Source of the DNA: Eledone cirrhosa
Taxonomy: Eukaryota
Direction: 5' to 3'
Length of the DNA stretch: 64,000 nucleotides
Assembly (NCBI GenBank): GCA_964016885.1
Contig: OZ024742.1
Location: 173,414,001 to 173,478,000 of the forward strand
Shown here: one piece after another, positions 63,238 to 64,000 of the stretch
Numbering within the stretch: the stretch's first letter is position 1
Layout: every line of letters starts with the position of its first letter
The notes under the pieces: generated by a model
Seen by the model: the letters and a program-made list of their open reading frames with translations, nothing else
Database searches by the model: none
Told to the model about the DNA's origin: nothing
Position numbers and translations under genes: made by a program

Positions 63238-64000
63238 TTGTTACAAAATAAGGTTATGTTTCAGAGGCAATCCAAATTGAATCGACATGGGAACGGACGA
63301 AGTATGTGCTTTTGGGTTCTTCTTCCGTTCGCTTGTGAGTACCAATTCAGCCCCACTGGTCTGCACAGGCCCAGTTCCAGGGGGAAGTTGACCATTAGCT
63401 ACCGCAGATCTAAACGAAATTCGCTTGGTCAGTTCCCTCTCTCACCCATTCATTGCTACCCATCCCATCTGTGGCAGTCAGCCGAAAGCCAGTGGGGATG
63501 GGAGAGTGTTAGTATTTACAGGTCTCTATACAACCTCTCACTAATAACTGACCATCAACCCCTAAGAGTGTATATTTTTAATTCTATGTATCATAGTTTC
63601 ATATTGGAAGTTATAAGTTTAATTAGAACTAAAAATTCACAATTTAAAATCGAAAATCCTAAATCAAGTATCAGAAATTATAAGTAAAAAATTAACAAAT
63701 AGAAATTAAACAATTAAACAATTAAAGATTTTTCAAGTGAGAATTCGGATTTAGATGAGTAGACAAAGTATATAGATTGAAGTGAGTAAATAATATTCAG
63801 AGAGATGTTTAAGTAAGAAGTTCTGAAAGGGGTCCCAATCTTACAGTTACCCTATCTACATACTGAACGATGGTGCCGTACAGTAGAACTGAGGGTAAAT
63901 TACAGTATTACAGGTAGTAGTCAATTGGGTACATAGTCGTAATTTCCATCACATGGAACAAAACCAAGAAAGACATATATAAAGTACACAAAAGAAAAGA

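Noticed and set aside
63238-63687. 149-aa ORF
   Set aside because: Non-ATG start, no recognisable motif, lies in probable repeat UTR.

Overview
Eukaryotic, almost certainly cephalopod (octopus-like SINEs and microsatellites), repeat-only window with no confidently identifiable host gene. It has two zones. (1) About 3-40 kb is a side-by-side array of about 14 non-LTR retrotransposon insertions separated by (AAT)n tracts. Two R4/Dong-like RLE families (A, B) lie only on the + strand. Three Tx1/L1-clade APE families (C, D, E) and a tRNA-derived SINE sharing the Tx1 3' tail lie only on the - strand. (2) About 41-64 kb is (TA)n-rich. It holds an intact Penelope-like element (RT + GIY-YIG, 819 aa), a decayed one, a GIY-YIG remnant, a deleted Gypsy derivative and many small non-coding elements. 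Across the window I count about 17 hammerhead ribozyme (HHR) motifs from about 10 sequence families, several with non-canonical cores (U3-A8, C4). Other points of note are an ORF1/5'UTR swap on a shared Tx1 ORF2 and a long hairpin + HHR module abutting a Tx1 ORF2 start codon. All alignments and RNA folds were done by eye, and boundaries are approximate.
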